Of a stretch of DNA of 64,000 nucleotides, positions 1-9,720 are shown one piece after another. The notes below the pieces were generated by a model, which had not been told where the DNA came from, did no database searches, and was given only the letters and a program-made list of their open reading frames with translations. A program made the translations under genes and the position numbers. Origin of the DNA: an uncultured delta proteobacterium (GTDB taxonomy: Bacteria > Desulfobacterota > Binatia > UBA9968); contig CAVSLC010000005.1 of assembly GCA_963728565.1 (NCBI GenBank), forward strand, positions 290,438 through 354,437, given 5' to 3'. Numbering within the stretch: the stretch's first letter is position 1; each line of letters starts with the position of its first letter.

Positions 1-585
1 ATAATGGCGCGCCCCTACTTTATGCAAGTGCCAGTGCATGCCGGTAGTCCGCGAATCAAAAACTTGCATTCGATAAAGACCTACGTTTCGAGTTCCTTTG
101 CCCGGATCTTTTGAAAAAACCATCGGCAAGGTTATAAACGGTCCGGCGTCTCCCGGCCAGCAGGTGAGCACGGGCAATATGCTCAAGTCTGGTTGCCGGT
201 GAATGATCTGCTGGCATTCGCCCTTACTCACAATTTTTGGTGGGATGCCCGCGAGTTTTACCAGTTCTGAAACGAGATGCAGCTTGTCACTGAATGATTT
301 CGGCGGCTTGGTTTGCACCAGCTTTTGAACCTCACCTGCAAGTTCCTCTATATCGTCGACCCCTAAGGCCAGAGCCATGCGTTTATGCGAGCCGAAGGCA
401 TTGATTAAAACCGGGATCTGTTTGCCGTCGACGTTCTCGAACAACAACGCCGGACCGTTATTTTTCATCACGCGATCGGCAATCTCCGTGATCTCCAACT
501 CGGCTTTCACCGGATAGGTAATGCGCCTGAGTTCGCCTTGGCGTTCTAAAACTTGTACGAAGTCTTGCAGACTGTTATATGCCAT
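1..585 (-). CDS. ubiD: UbiD-family decarboxylase (menaquinone-biosynthesis type), N-terminal part; truncated by window edge
   Basis: Manual translation of the minus strand from ATG at 585: MAYNSLQDFVQVLERQGELRRITYPVKAELEITEIADRVMKNNGPALLFENV...LPVLTCWPGDAGPFITLP...RNVGLYRMQV...GMHWHLHK, typical UbiD motifs. GGGAG RBS upstream. Not in the ORF track because the stop lies outside the window. Confidence 0.9.
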   Translation of the reverse strand, partial: MAYNSLQDFVQVLERQGELRRITYPVKAELEITEIADRVMKNNGPALLFENVDGKQIPVLINAFGSHKRMALALGVDDIEELAGEVQKLVQTKPPKSFSDKLHLVSELVKLAGIPPKIVSKGECQQIIHRQPDLSILPVLTCWPGDAGPFITLPMVFSKDPGKGTRNVGLYRMQVFDSRTTGMHWHLHKVGARHY

Positions 586-888
586 GTGCTCCCTGATATC
601 TTTCGAATGAAAAGCAATAAGCCGACAAGAAGGCGCAAGTCAAGTAACCATGCGCGCGGCTGTCTGCGCAGCTCGCTACAAAGGATGCGGCTCCTGTTGA
701 TTTTGGCTGGATTTTACCGGCTTTTTATGAACTATGATGGTTGACTTGGAATTCGTGGAAAGGCTCTGATCCGAAATCGATACTCTGCCTCCTCCATCGG
801 ATCAACACATTTCAGCATTATCGTTGAGCAGTCACAACTTCCCCATGGCGTAGCATGGCCACAATTCTCCGGCTGTAAAACGAGCTGA

Positions 889-2952
889 ATGAAAAAGGCG
901 TCGCGGCAACAGAACATTAAGGCCAAACCCGCAAAAGCGTCCGGCGGCGCGGCATTGCCCGGCCGAATCAATCCCCTAAGGAAGCGGTTTTGGTTTCTGA
1001 TGATTTTCACCGCCGCGTTTGCTCTTCGGCTCGTTTATCTCTTCGAGATCGATACCATCCCGTTGTTTGAGCATCTCGCGGGAGATGCAAGGACTTACTA
1101 CGAATGGGGCCAACGGATCGCGGCAGGGGACTGGCTGGGCGCGGGAGTTTTCTACCAGGCTCCTTTGTATCCCTATTTTCTCGGAATCTTACAATTCTTT
1201 TTCGGTGAAACTCTTTGGTTAGCGCGGCTCATACAGATTACGCTTGGGGCGCTTTCATGCTCGTTGATCTTTTTGATCGGACAGCAGTTGTTCTCACGTG
1301 AAGCAGGGATCATTTCGGGATTCATTCTTGCCGGTTATGGGCCGGCGCTGTTCTTCGACGGCTTGATCGAAAAAAGTATTCTTGATTTGTTCTTACTTAC
1401 GGCCATTTTGTTTCTCATTTTTTGCGTCAGCGACGAAATGAAACCGGCTAAGTGGCTTGGTGTCGGCGCGGTGCTTGGTCTATTAGCCTTATCGCGCGAA
1501 AACACGCTTATCTTGGTCCTGGTGGTGCCGTGCTGGATCGCGTTCTCTTCCGCACCGCTATCGCCAACAGCACGCTGCGCCGGACTGGCTTGTTCTTCGC
1601 CGGCTTAGTCTTGATCCTCCTGCCGGTCGGGCTGCGCAATCTTGCTGTGGGAGGGGAATTCAAACTGACGACGTCGCAATTGGGGCCGAACTTCTACATC
1701 GGCAACAATCCAGCCGCCGACGGAACCTACAACTCGATCAGGGCCATGATCGGCGAGCCGCAACTCGAAGGTCCCGACGCCGAACGATTGGCGGAAAGAG
1801 AGTTGCAACGCAGTCTATCTCCAGGTGAGGTATCCAGCTACTGGTTAGGCAAGTCGTTCGATTACATCAAAACACAGCCGTTCGATTGGCTGCGATTGCT
1901 GGCCAAGAAGTGGGTCCTGGTATGGAACGGCCGAGAGATAGAAGATTCGGATGATTTCTACATCTATCGGCAATGGTCATGGTTGCTTGGCGTGCTCGGT
2001 CGGCTTGAACCATTTTGGCGTTCTGTCACCTCTGGCCGCTGTCGGTCTCTTAGTTTCACGCGGACAATGGCGTCGATTATGGCTGCTCTACCTCATGATT
2101 TTGGCGCTTGCAGCAAGTGTCGCCGTTTTTTACGTATTTGGTCGTTATCGCTTTCCGCTGGTCCCGTTGCTGGTTCTTTTTGCCGGCGCGGGATTGATGC
2201 GAATAGTTCGCTTCTATAAACAGGGACGCTGGCGTCCGCTGTTCGGGACCATGGCTGTATTCTGCGCCTGCGCGATGTTCACTAACTGGCCCCTGTTCGA
2301 ATTTAGCGGGCCGGGTGCTGCGGGTTACAACAATCTGTCGAATGCCTATTACAAACAGGGCAAAGTCGAGGAGGCTATCCAAACAGCGCTCAAGGCCATC
2401 GAAGTAGAACCGAGCTATGGAGTCGCCCATTACAACATCGGCAACCTCTATGCTGGACGTGGTCAATTTGCTTTAGCGCGACGACATTTCGAAGAGGCGC
2501 TGCGGATCTATCCAAACTATGCTGAGGTCCGGAGCAATCTTGGACAGCTTCTCGCCGAACGAGGTGATCTGCAGGCCGGTATCGAGCAATTCCGCAAGGC
2601 GATCGCGCTCGATCCGGCGCTTTTCAGGGCGCATCTCAATCTCGGAGTCGCCCTGGCGAAGCAAGGCAACATCAATGAAGCGGATGCTCCGTTGCGAGAG
2701 GCCGCCCGTCTGAGGCCGCAATCCGCCGAGAGTCGTTTCTATCTGGGCAGCGTTTACGCGGCTCAGAATCGGTTCGATTTGGCGGCGCAGTCCTTCAAAA
2801 ACGCGCTGCAGATCGATGCTAACCTGGCCGCCGCACACGAGAGTCTTGCGCGAGTCCTATCAGCTCAGGGGAAGAGAGAAGAGGCGATGGCGCACTATCA
2901 GGAAGCGATCAGGCTGATCAGTGCCAGAAGAGGCGGACCTAAGGCTCCGTAG
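889..2952 (+). CDS. GT-C (GT39/PMT_2/ArnT-like) membrane glycosyltransferase with C-terminal TPR array; split by two frameshifts
   Basis: ORFs 889-1608, 1452-2219 and 1951-2952 join into one coherent protein: N-terminal TM, DARTY loop, FYQAPLYPYFL, many TMs, LSRENTL, NFYIGNNP, RYRFPL, then about 6 TPRs (AHYNIG, AHLNLG). Confidence 0.8.
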
Positions 2953-3003
2953 CAGTTCTTTGAACAGGCCTTGCTCCGCCCGAAGGGTGAGTTTGAATCA
3001 CCT

Positions 3004-4999
3004 CTAGCGTACGATTTTTAACGTAAAAGATCGGGGCGGATCGATCACCTTGATGAAGGGGATCGGATCGTCATAAATCTTAACCGGGATGATGGTTGCC
3101 GGCGGGTTGCTGACCAGCCCGTCCAGCCAATGGTATTTTAAAATCACTTCCTTAGCTCCGCTCGTCGAGACTTCCAGACGATTGAGTGTGGCTGTTATTT
3201 GCCCCTGTCCTTGTACAAACCAATCCGACGGCTGGTTCACTGTCATAAGATGCACCGGACCTATGCGCCGGTCGAGTGTGATTAATCCCGGAATTGTCCG
3301 TAGCCGTTTGATCGAGGCCGGATGGAAGGCAACCACCGCGCCGATGTTGTAGAGCCGAAAATACTTTTTGATCTCCTCATCCGTGAAAGCCTGTATATCT
3401 CGTCCTAATAATCTGCCCGAGTGAAATTCCGCGAAGTGGTGCCGATCGTTGTAGAGATTGATGGGCCCGCCGATCAGCTCGCGACCGCTCCAGTGGGGAA
3501 TGAAAGAGGATAAATACATGCCATCGTACACGAAACCGGTTTCGTCGCCTGATTCTTCAAATAGAACGCGGGCCTCGTCAGGCGTGTTTTGTCGCACCCA
3601 GCGGGCTATCTCGGCGATCTCAGGACGGATGAGAGTTCGCAGCCTAAGTTTACCTTGAGACTCGGTTTGGACGAGATTGATCAGGAAAGTGACGCTCGCG
3701 GCCAACAGCAAAGATGGAACTGTATAGGAATAGAGACGCGATGCTGCTGAATTTGCCATTAGCCAATCCGCAAGCGCGTAAGCAGTGGCAATGGCTAGAA
3801 AAAGATCAAAGGGAACTTTAAAACGCATCGGCTGCCATGCCTGGAGAGCCGGAATGAGAAAATTGAAATAAGTTATCAGGAAAAGACTGATCAAGCCGGC
3901 AAGGAGCAAAATTCCAAGATTTTTGTCGCCGCGGCGCAGCAGCTTCACCGTGCCTGTTGTGCCGAGAATCAGCAGCATCAAGCGAACGCCTTTCTCCCAA
4001 AAACTTTGGCGAAATGACCAGTAATTCTTCGGCGCGAGATAATCCTTCACCAACGTTAGTGGGTCGGCGCTCACGAACAGCGCCAGCTGCTCGACAATGG
4101 TTTGGGAAACATCATCGCCCCGGTGGGTGAAGGCGGGCATTATCCAGATCAGGTTCAGCGCGAGCGAAATCGTTGCTGCGCCGACGGTCGACAGTACCAG
4201 GTGGCGCTGGATCAGCCTGGGCCGAGCGATCAACAAGGCGAAAATGCAAGGCAGAAAAATGATCAGAGACTGAACGTGGAGCGGTAGGATGGTGATGGCA
4301 AATAGCATCCAGGCAATGTGGACAGGCCCAGGATGTTTGCTGTTGCGCTAAACGGTAAAACAGCGAAACCCCCAGGATGGTGGCATAAGCAGCGGTCGGA
4401 TAGCCGATCATGCCGTAAAAAAACATTTCTCGCGGCAGTGAATTCCACCAATAAATCGTTCCAAGAAGCGCCGCCGCCACGGCCGCGGCATTTCTGATTT
4501 GTTCGCGCGCGAACAGATTACGCGCGCTGAAATACATCAGCCATGGAATCGCCGCCATTGCGATAAACGCCGAGATCTTGAACCACTGGATCGGCGTTAA
4601 AGCAATTAAGGACAAAGCGAGCGCAAGGAACTCGAACAGCTTGATGCTTAGATCTTGGATGGTGTTGGACGGGTAGCCGGCCATGAACAGGGGATTATAG
4701 CCCCAGGATAGTTTGTCCTGTTGCCAAAAGGCCTCTAACGATTTGAGATGATGAAAATGCAGACCCCAGTCCTGTTCGATGATCGGATCAGGATTGTACA
4801 GGCCGGGAAGAACATCGAAGAGAGACAACAATCCAAACGCATGAAGCGAGAAGATGACGACGATCAGAACCACTGGGCGGTCAAACAGCCGCGGCGTAGG
4901 CCCTATGAGCAATTTAGTTAGCCGCGCCGTCGCGCCCGGGCCTGAGTGGCGGTGCGTTTGTCGTCGAGAAGTTTTCCGGATTTTCTGTTTAGGTGGCAC
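3004..4999 (-). CDS. Polytopic membrane protein, GT-C/YfhO-like; split by one frameshift near 4315
   Basis: ORFs 4112-4999 and 3004-4308 are contiguous. Features: DWGLHFH and WGYNPLFMAGYP loop motifs, multiple TMs, QPMRF motif, soluble C-terminal domain. Confidence 0.6.
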
Positions 5000-5342
5000 G
5001 TACAGGATCTATACTAGCGGTAATTGTCTAAAGAAAACAAAGCTCGCCAGTGTATTACCATTGGGTTTCGCCGATGTCTCTTACCCTGCAAGTACAATCT
5101 GTAGAACACCGGGTGTCATTATCGATCACCTGGCTGGACGTTTGGGCACAAGTTCATCTCGCCACACCGCCTGACGACTTCACGTCGCCGTTGCCGGCGC
5201 GTTAGCTCAGCGTGGGATGATGCGCGTGCCACCCGTTCGCTGTGTGAATCCGAACAGCCTCTCTGGCTCAATCCGGCGCTTTGTCAGGGTCCTTCTTAGG
5301 CGATCATTTGCATCCCAAGATCAAGTTTGTCAGAAGAGACGG

Positions 5343-6083
5343 ATGCTTAGTGTCGCTCTCGCTCTCGGATTGTTGACTGCGTTGGCCAATATCTTCGGCA
5401 GCGCTCTTGCGGTGCTCCAGCGAGAACCCTCGCGTCGGTTTACCGCGGCGGCACTTGGCCTAAGTGGCGGATTTATCCTGGCAGCGGCGCTGCTCGAGAT
5501 GCTGCCGGAAAGCTTATCACGGGGACCGTCGATGCCCGGTTACGTGGCCGTCGGATACCTCTCTCTATTCCTGATCGAGCAATTTACCGATGTGCACCTG
5601 CATAGTTTGCCGGACGATGAACATTTGATACCGGTCCCGGTAGCCGCCGGATTGGCGTCCCTTGTGGCTTTCAACGTCCACGACTTTATTGATGGATTGG
5701 CTATCGGTGCGGGCATGATCGCTAAAACCGATCTTGGAATACTGGTCTTTCTCTCGGTGTTACTCCACGAAATTCCCGCCGGCTTTGTGATTGCCGCGAT
5801 CATGCGTGCGGCAGGCTGGAGCCGATGGTCTGCTATGGTCGCCGGCGGGAGCTTGGGGCTCGTCACGATCATCGGCATCGTTCTGCCATTTTGGGCTCGG
5901 GAAATTAAACCAGTCTTTGCCGACGCCCTCTTGGCATTTGCGGCCGGAAACTTTATCTATGTGGGTGCGACTCTGCTCGTCCCGCTCTCGGAATCCGGTA
6001 AATCGCGCTGGATCACACTCCTGGTGGTCCTCGGCTTTGCTATTTTCTACGTTTCGAGCCGGCTCGTTGAGTCCTTTTTCTAG
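5343..6083 (+). CDS. ZIP (ZupT/GufA) family metal transporter
   Basis: LEMLPES, HDFIDGLAIG and LLHEIPAG ZIP motifs, His-containing loop, about 8 TMs. Start taken at ATG 5343 (MLSVALALG). Confidence 0.9.
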   Translation: MLSVALALGLLTALANIFGSALAVLQREPSRRFTAAALGLSGGFILAAALLEMLPESLSRGPSMPGYVAVGYLSLFLIEQFTDVHLHSLPDDEHLIPVPVAAGLASLVAFNVHDFIDGLAIGAGMIAKTDLGILVFLSVLLHEIPAGFVIAAIMRAAGWSRWSAMVAGGSLGLVTIIGIVLPFWAREIKPVFADALLAFAAGNFIYVGATLLVPLSESGKSRWITLLVVLGFAIFYVSSRLVESFF

Positions 6084-6124
6084 ATCTAGGTAGTTCTTGT
6101 GACAAAATAAAACGGGGGAGTACT

Positions 6125-6661
6125 ATGTTTGTAAAATTATTGTGCGCAACCATATTAGTGAGCTTGGCGGCGGCTTGTTCTATGTCCACCGAGCAGGCTG
6201 CTCAAGCGACAGCCGAACTCAAAGACAAGGACGGCAAGACCGTCGGGGTGGCCACGTTTCGCGAGAGCTCAGGGGGAGTGAGGGTCAACGTGAATGTCAA
6301 AGGACTCACGCCGGGTTTGCACGCGGTTCATGTTCACGCGGTCGGTCGATGCGATGCGCCGGCGTTTACCAGCGCCGGCGGCCATTTCAATCCTGCGCAA
6401 AAAAAACATGGTCACAAAAGTGCCGAGGGCGCTCACGCAGGGGATTTACCCAATATGCTTGTTGCCAAGGATGGCACAGGCCGTTTTGAGGCTTTCACCG
6501 ATGGCATGACCCTTAAACCCGGCGCGACATCGGTTTTTGACAAAGACGGCAGCGCGTTGGTGATTCATGTCGGCGTTGACGATTACGTCACCGATCCTAC
6601 CGGCAATGCCGGTGACAGAGCCGCATGCGGGATCATTACAATGGCTCAATCCAGAATGTAG
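6125..6661 (+). CDS. sodC: Cu/Zn superoxide dismutase, lipoprotein
   Basis: Lipobox LAAAC; HAVHVH, GGHFNP, HAGDL, VIH and GNAGDRAACG metal-ligand motifs; GGGGAG RBS. Confidence 0.93.
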   Translation: MFVKLLCATILVSLAAACSMSTEQAAQATAELKDKDGKTVGVATFRESSGGVRVNVNVKGLTPGLHAVHVHAVGRCDAPAFTSAGGHFNPAQKKHGHKSAEGAHAGDLPNMLVAKDGTGRFEAFTDGMTLKPGATSVFDKDGSALVIHVGVDDYVTDPTGNAGDRAACGIITMAQSRM

Positions 6662-6672
6662 CGCTCGACCGA

Positions 6673-7419
6673 CTAGAGGTAATGGAGCCTTACCTCGCCC
6701 CCGGCGAGGCTGTGCTCTGCTTGCCGGATGCGTTCGGCGGTTCCGAGATCCTGCCAAAATCCGTCAAAGCAAAAACCATAGAGCGATTGCCCGGCGGCCA
6801 GCATCCGCGGGTAAGTCTGCCGGGTCGTGCTGAATTTATGAGCTCCCGTTTCCGTGTCCATATAGTCGAAGACCGTAGGCTCGAGGACTTGTACGCCGGT
6901 GAACATCAATTTGCGAATCGGCCCGGGTGGCTGCATCGGCATTCTTGTTTCGAGAAATCGGCAGATCCGATCTCGTTCGTCGATGTCCATCGAGCCATAT
7001 CTGTCCGCATCCCTATCAGGCCGCAAAACCAACGTTGCCGCGGCTCGTTGCTTTTGATGAAATTCTAGCAACTCGTCGAGATGCAAATCGATCAAGACAT
7101 CGGTGTTGATGACGATGAAAGTGTCGTCCTGCAAAAATGGCTTGGCCTTGAGCAGACCGCCCCCGGTATCCAACAGCTCCGGCTCGACGGAATAACTGAT
7201 CTGTAGTCCAAGTTGGCTGCCGTCGGCCAGCCGGTTCTCGATCTGCTCGCCATGATGATGCAGGTTGATGACGACATCGCGAATGCCATAGTGCCGTAAC
7301 AGCAGCAGCGAATACTCGATCATGGGCCGGCCGCCGACTGGCACCAGAGCTTTGGGCTGGGTATCGGTCAGCGGCCTCAGGCGTGTTCCTTGCCCGGCAG
7401 CCAAAACCATCGCCTTCAT
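6673..7419 (-). CDS. Nucleotidyltransferase, MurU-like (N-acetylmuramate-1-phosphate uridylyltransferase)
   Basis: MKAMVLAAGQGTRLRPLT..PKAL, LLDTGGG, WQDLGT; 4-nt overlap with the upstream phosphotransferase. Confidence 0.82.
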   Translation of the reverse strand: MKAMVLAAGQGTRLRPLTDTQPKALVPVGGRPMIEYSLLLLRHYGIRDVVINLHHHGEQIENRLADGSQLGLQISYSVEPELLDTGGGLLKAKPFLQDDTFIVINTDVLIDLHLDELLEFHQKQRAAATLVLRPDRDADRYGSMDIDERDRICRFLETRMPMQPPGPIRKLMFTGVQVLEPTVFDYMDTETGAHKFSTTRQTYPRMLAAGQSLYGFCFDGFWQDLGTAERIRQAEHSLAGGEVRLHYL

Positions 7420-8486
7420 CGCATCTCCTCGTAGTGCTCAGCCAGGATCGGGATGATCGGTTGGAGCTGCGGTAAGCGCGCCAAATTGCGTTTCAATCGA
7501 CGGACCGTGGGCGGAATGAATTTCCGGTATCCCGGTTTGCCCTTAACCAGATCGAGATAATAAAACCGGCCGACTACCTTGAAATCGCGCTGAATCGCCG
7601 AGAGCAGGTAGATCTCACGAAAATCGTCACCGTCGACAGCGCGACTTTCGAGAGCGGCGCGCTGGTGTAAATAGTAGCTCACAAGATGATCTTCAATATG
7701 GGGTCTAATCACGCTGTCGGTGATCCGATCATTCAGGAGCGAGGCCAAATCGTACTGCGGCGGCGCGAGCAAGGCGTCTTGGAAATCTATTACTGCCACA
7801 GCTTCGTCGTGAATCATCAGATTCCAGCTGTGATAGTCGCGGTGGTTTAGACAACCGGGATAGCGGTCCAGGCGATGGGCTATGTCCGAGAATATTCTTC
7901 GCAGCGTCTCGATTACCGTTCCAGCTACATGGGCGCCGGGGCGCTTCTCTAATCCGTATTCGAGGAAGTGTTCGAACTCCCACATGTAAAGCCGGAAATC
8001 AAATCGCTGCTGAAATGCAATGCAGTCTTCGTCCCGCGCCGCTGTGCCTCGGATTTGTAGAATCAAAAGCTCGTCGATGGCTTTTTCGTACCAGCTAAGG
8101 ACCTCTGCTTCCGGCAGGCCTTGGACGCGGTCCCATAACGCTGTATCGCCTAAATCCTCCAGTATAAGAATGCCGTCGTTTTGCCAATGAGCGTAAAGCT
8201 TGGGCACCCGAACACCGACGCCGCTGAAAAATCGGTGCATATTGAGGAAGGGCAATTCTTTAGGAGCTTGCTTGAAAACGGCAAGCTCTTCACTAGAGAG
8301 GGGCAGAGCACTGCCGGCCGGGAGCTCCATGATAATCACTGATTTTGGCGCTTCGGAGGATTTTATGACAGCGCGGTAGTAGTGCCGGCTCGAGGCATCC
8401 CCCGCGAGCGGTATTAGAGAAGAAATAGCCGTGTTCGCGCCGAAAACGGCGATGATCTTATCCGCGAAGACTTCCTGGTGATTCAT
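7416..8486 (-). CDS. APH-family phosphotransferase, AmgK-like anomeric MurNAc/GlcNAc kinase
   Basis: LAGDASSRHYYR, LEDLGD, HRDYHSWNLM, IDFQDAL, YDLASLL motifs; coupled to the MurU-like gene. Confidence 0.82.
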   Translation of the reverse strand: MNHQEVFADKIIAVFGANTAISSLIPLAGDASSRHYYRAVIKSSEAPKSVIIMELPAGSALPLSSEELAVFKQAPKELPFLNMHRFFSGVGVRVPKLYAHWQNDGILILEDLGDTALWDRVQGLPEAEVLSWYEKAIDELLILQIRGTAARDEDCIAFQQRFDFRLYMWEFEHFLEYGLEKRPGAHVAGTVIETLRRIFSDIAHRLDRYPGCLNHRDYHSWNLMIHDEAVAVIDFQDALLAPPQYDLASLLNDRITDSVIRPHIEDHLVSYYLHQRAALESRAVDGDDFREIYLLSAIQRDFKVVGRFYYLDLVKGKPGYRKFIPPTVRRLKRNLARLPQLQPIIPILAEHYEEMR

Positions 8487-8510
8487 AACGCAGCGTTCGA
8501 CTCTATTCGT

Positions 8511-8525
8511 GCCAGCGCCGCTGGC
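8511..8525 (-). promoter_or_regulatory. Putative SECIS hairpin for the second UGA
   Basis: GCCAGC-GGC-GCUGGC stem-loop with a G-containing loop, 11 nt after the UGA and just beyond the TAA stop. Confidence 0.6.
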
Positions 8526-8527
8526 CG

Positions 8528-8755
8528 TTAAACCTCTCAGCTACCGCCGAAACCTATGGTGACCTTGCCGGCATCGACGATTACAGGTATTTGGCGGCGG
8601 CCATTGGAGTGTTTCAGCATACGCGCCAGACCGGCGTCATCTTCGAGCACGTTGATGTATTCGAACGGAATTTTTCGACGGGAGAAATCCTCACGGGCTC
8701 CCGAAGTATAGGGTCAAAGATCTTGGCCGAAGATAAGGACTGGTTCGCTGCTCAT
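8528..8755 (-). CDS. Glutaredoxin-like selenoprotein with two Sec residues (UXX-star type), 75 aa
   Basis: Manual translation: MSSEPVLIFGQDL-U-PYTSGAREDFSRRKIPFEYINVLEDDAGLARMLKHSNGRRQIPVIVDAGKVTIGFGGS-U-EV-TAA. TGA codons at 8714-8716 and 8537-8539; GAGGGAG RBS; glutaredoxin-like IPVI (cis-Pro) and IGF motifs. Confidence 0.88.
8679..8703 (-). promoter_or_regulatory. Putative SECIS hairpin for the first UGA
   Basis: CGGGAG-CCCGUGAGGAUUU-CUCCCG stem-loop starting 10 nt after the UGA. Confidence 0.6.
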
Positions 8756-8880
8756 CGAATTTGCTCCCTCATTGGCATTGATAACCAGATGTTACTATGA
8801 AAGACGAATAAATTCCGCATATTTCAAAGACAGGGCAATTTAAAATAAATTTATGTCGTGCTTTAGTTGAGGGGTACTCT

Positions 8881-9720
8881 ATGCCCGGCACTCTGTACAT
8901 CGTCGCAACGCCGATAGGTAATCTCGAAGACATCACGCTACGGGCAATCCGAATTCTGAAGGGCGCCGATCTCATTGCCGCCGAAGACACCCGGCACACG
9001 CAAACTCTGCTGCGGCACTTCACCATCAACACGCGTTTAACCAGTTATCACGAGCACAATGAACGAGCCAAGACGGCCCAATTGGTCGCTCGCCTCGAGC
9101 GCGGCGAAAGCATCGCTCTGGTCTCGGACGCCGGCACACCGGCCATCGCCGATCCCGGCTACCGCTTAGTTGTCGAAGCCACTCGCATGGGCATTCCCGT
9201 TGTACCGATTCCGGGTCCGTCGGCATTAGTCGCGGCTCTCAGCGCCAGCGGTCTGCCCACCGACGGATTCAATTTCAGGGGATTTCTTCCGGCACGAAAG
9301 CGGGAGAGGAGGTCCAAGCTGCAAGAGCTTCGTGTCGACCGCTATAGCCTGGTCGTCTACGAGACACCGCACCGACTCAAGGAGTCGCTCGATGACATTC
9401 GTGAAATTCTTGGTGACCGCCGAATGGTGCTGGCGCGCGAAGTCACCAAAATTCATGAGGAGTTCCTCCGCGGCCGCATCAGCGAAGTGATCGGAGAAGT
9501 CGGTGGACGCGAGATTCGAGGAGAAGTAACGCTTATTATCGAAGGCTGCTCCGATCTGCATCATCCATCCCAAGAGACACTGCGCGAGGAGATTGCGAAA
9601 CTGCTAGCCGACGGGCTGCGGGTGAAAGAGGTCGCCGAAATGCTCGGGGAGAAATACGGATATTCTAAACGCCAGATCTACGGTTTAGCTATGGATCAAG
9701 ACAAAAATCTCAAGTCTTGA
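8881..9720 (+). CDS. rsmI: 16S rRNA (cytidine1402-2'-O)-methyltransferase
   Basis: GTLYIVATPIGNLEDIT, AAEDTRHT, LVSDAGTPAIADPG, YETPHRL, REVTKIHEE. Confidence 0.95.
   Translation: MPGTLYIVATPIGNLEDITLRAIRILKGADLIAAEDTRHTQTLLRHFTINTRLTSYHEHNERAKTAQLVARLERGESIALVSDAGTPAIADPGYRLVVEATRMGIPVVPIPGPSALVAALSASGLPTDGFNFRGFLPARKRERRSKLQELRVDRYSLVVYETPHRLKESLDDIREILGDRRMVLAREVTKIHEEFLRGRISEVIGEVGGREIRGEVTLIIEGCSDLHHPSQETLREEIAKLLADGLRVKEVAEMLGEKYGYSKRQIYGLAMDQDKNLKS

Noticed and set aside
5195-5265. tRNA-like 5' sequence GGCGCGTTAGCTCAGCGTGG
   Set aside because: No TTCGA T-loop, no acceptor-stem complement and no cloverleaf downstream.
8591-8800. 69-aa plus-strand ORF in the track
   Set aside because: Antisense shadow of the selenoprotein gene; no recognisable motifs.
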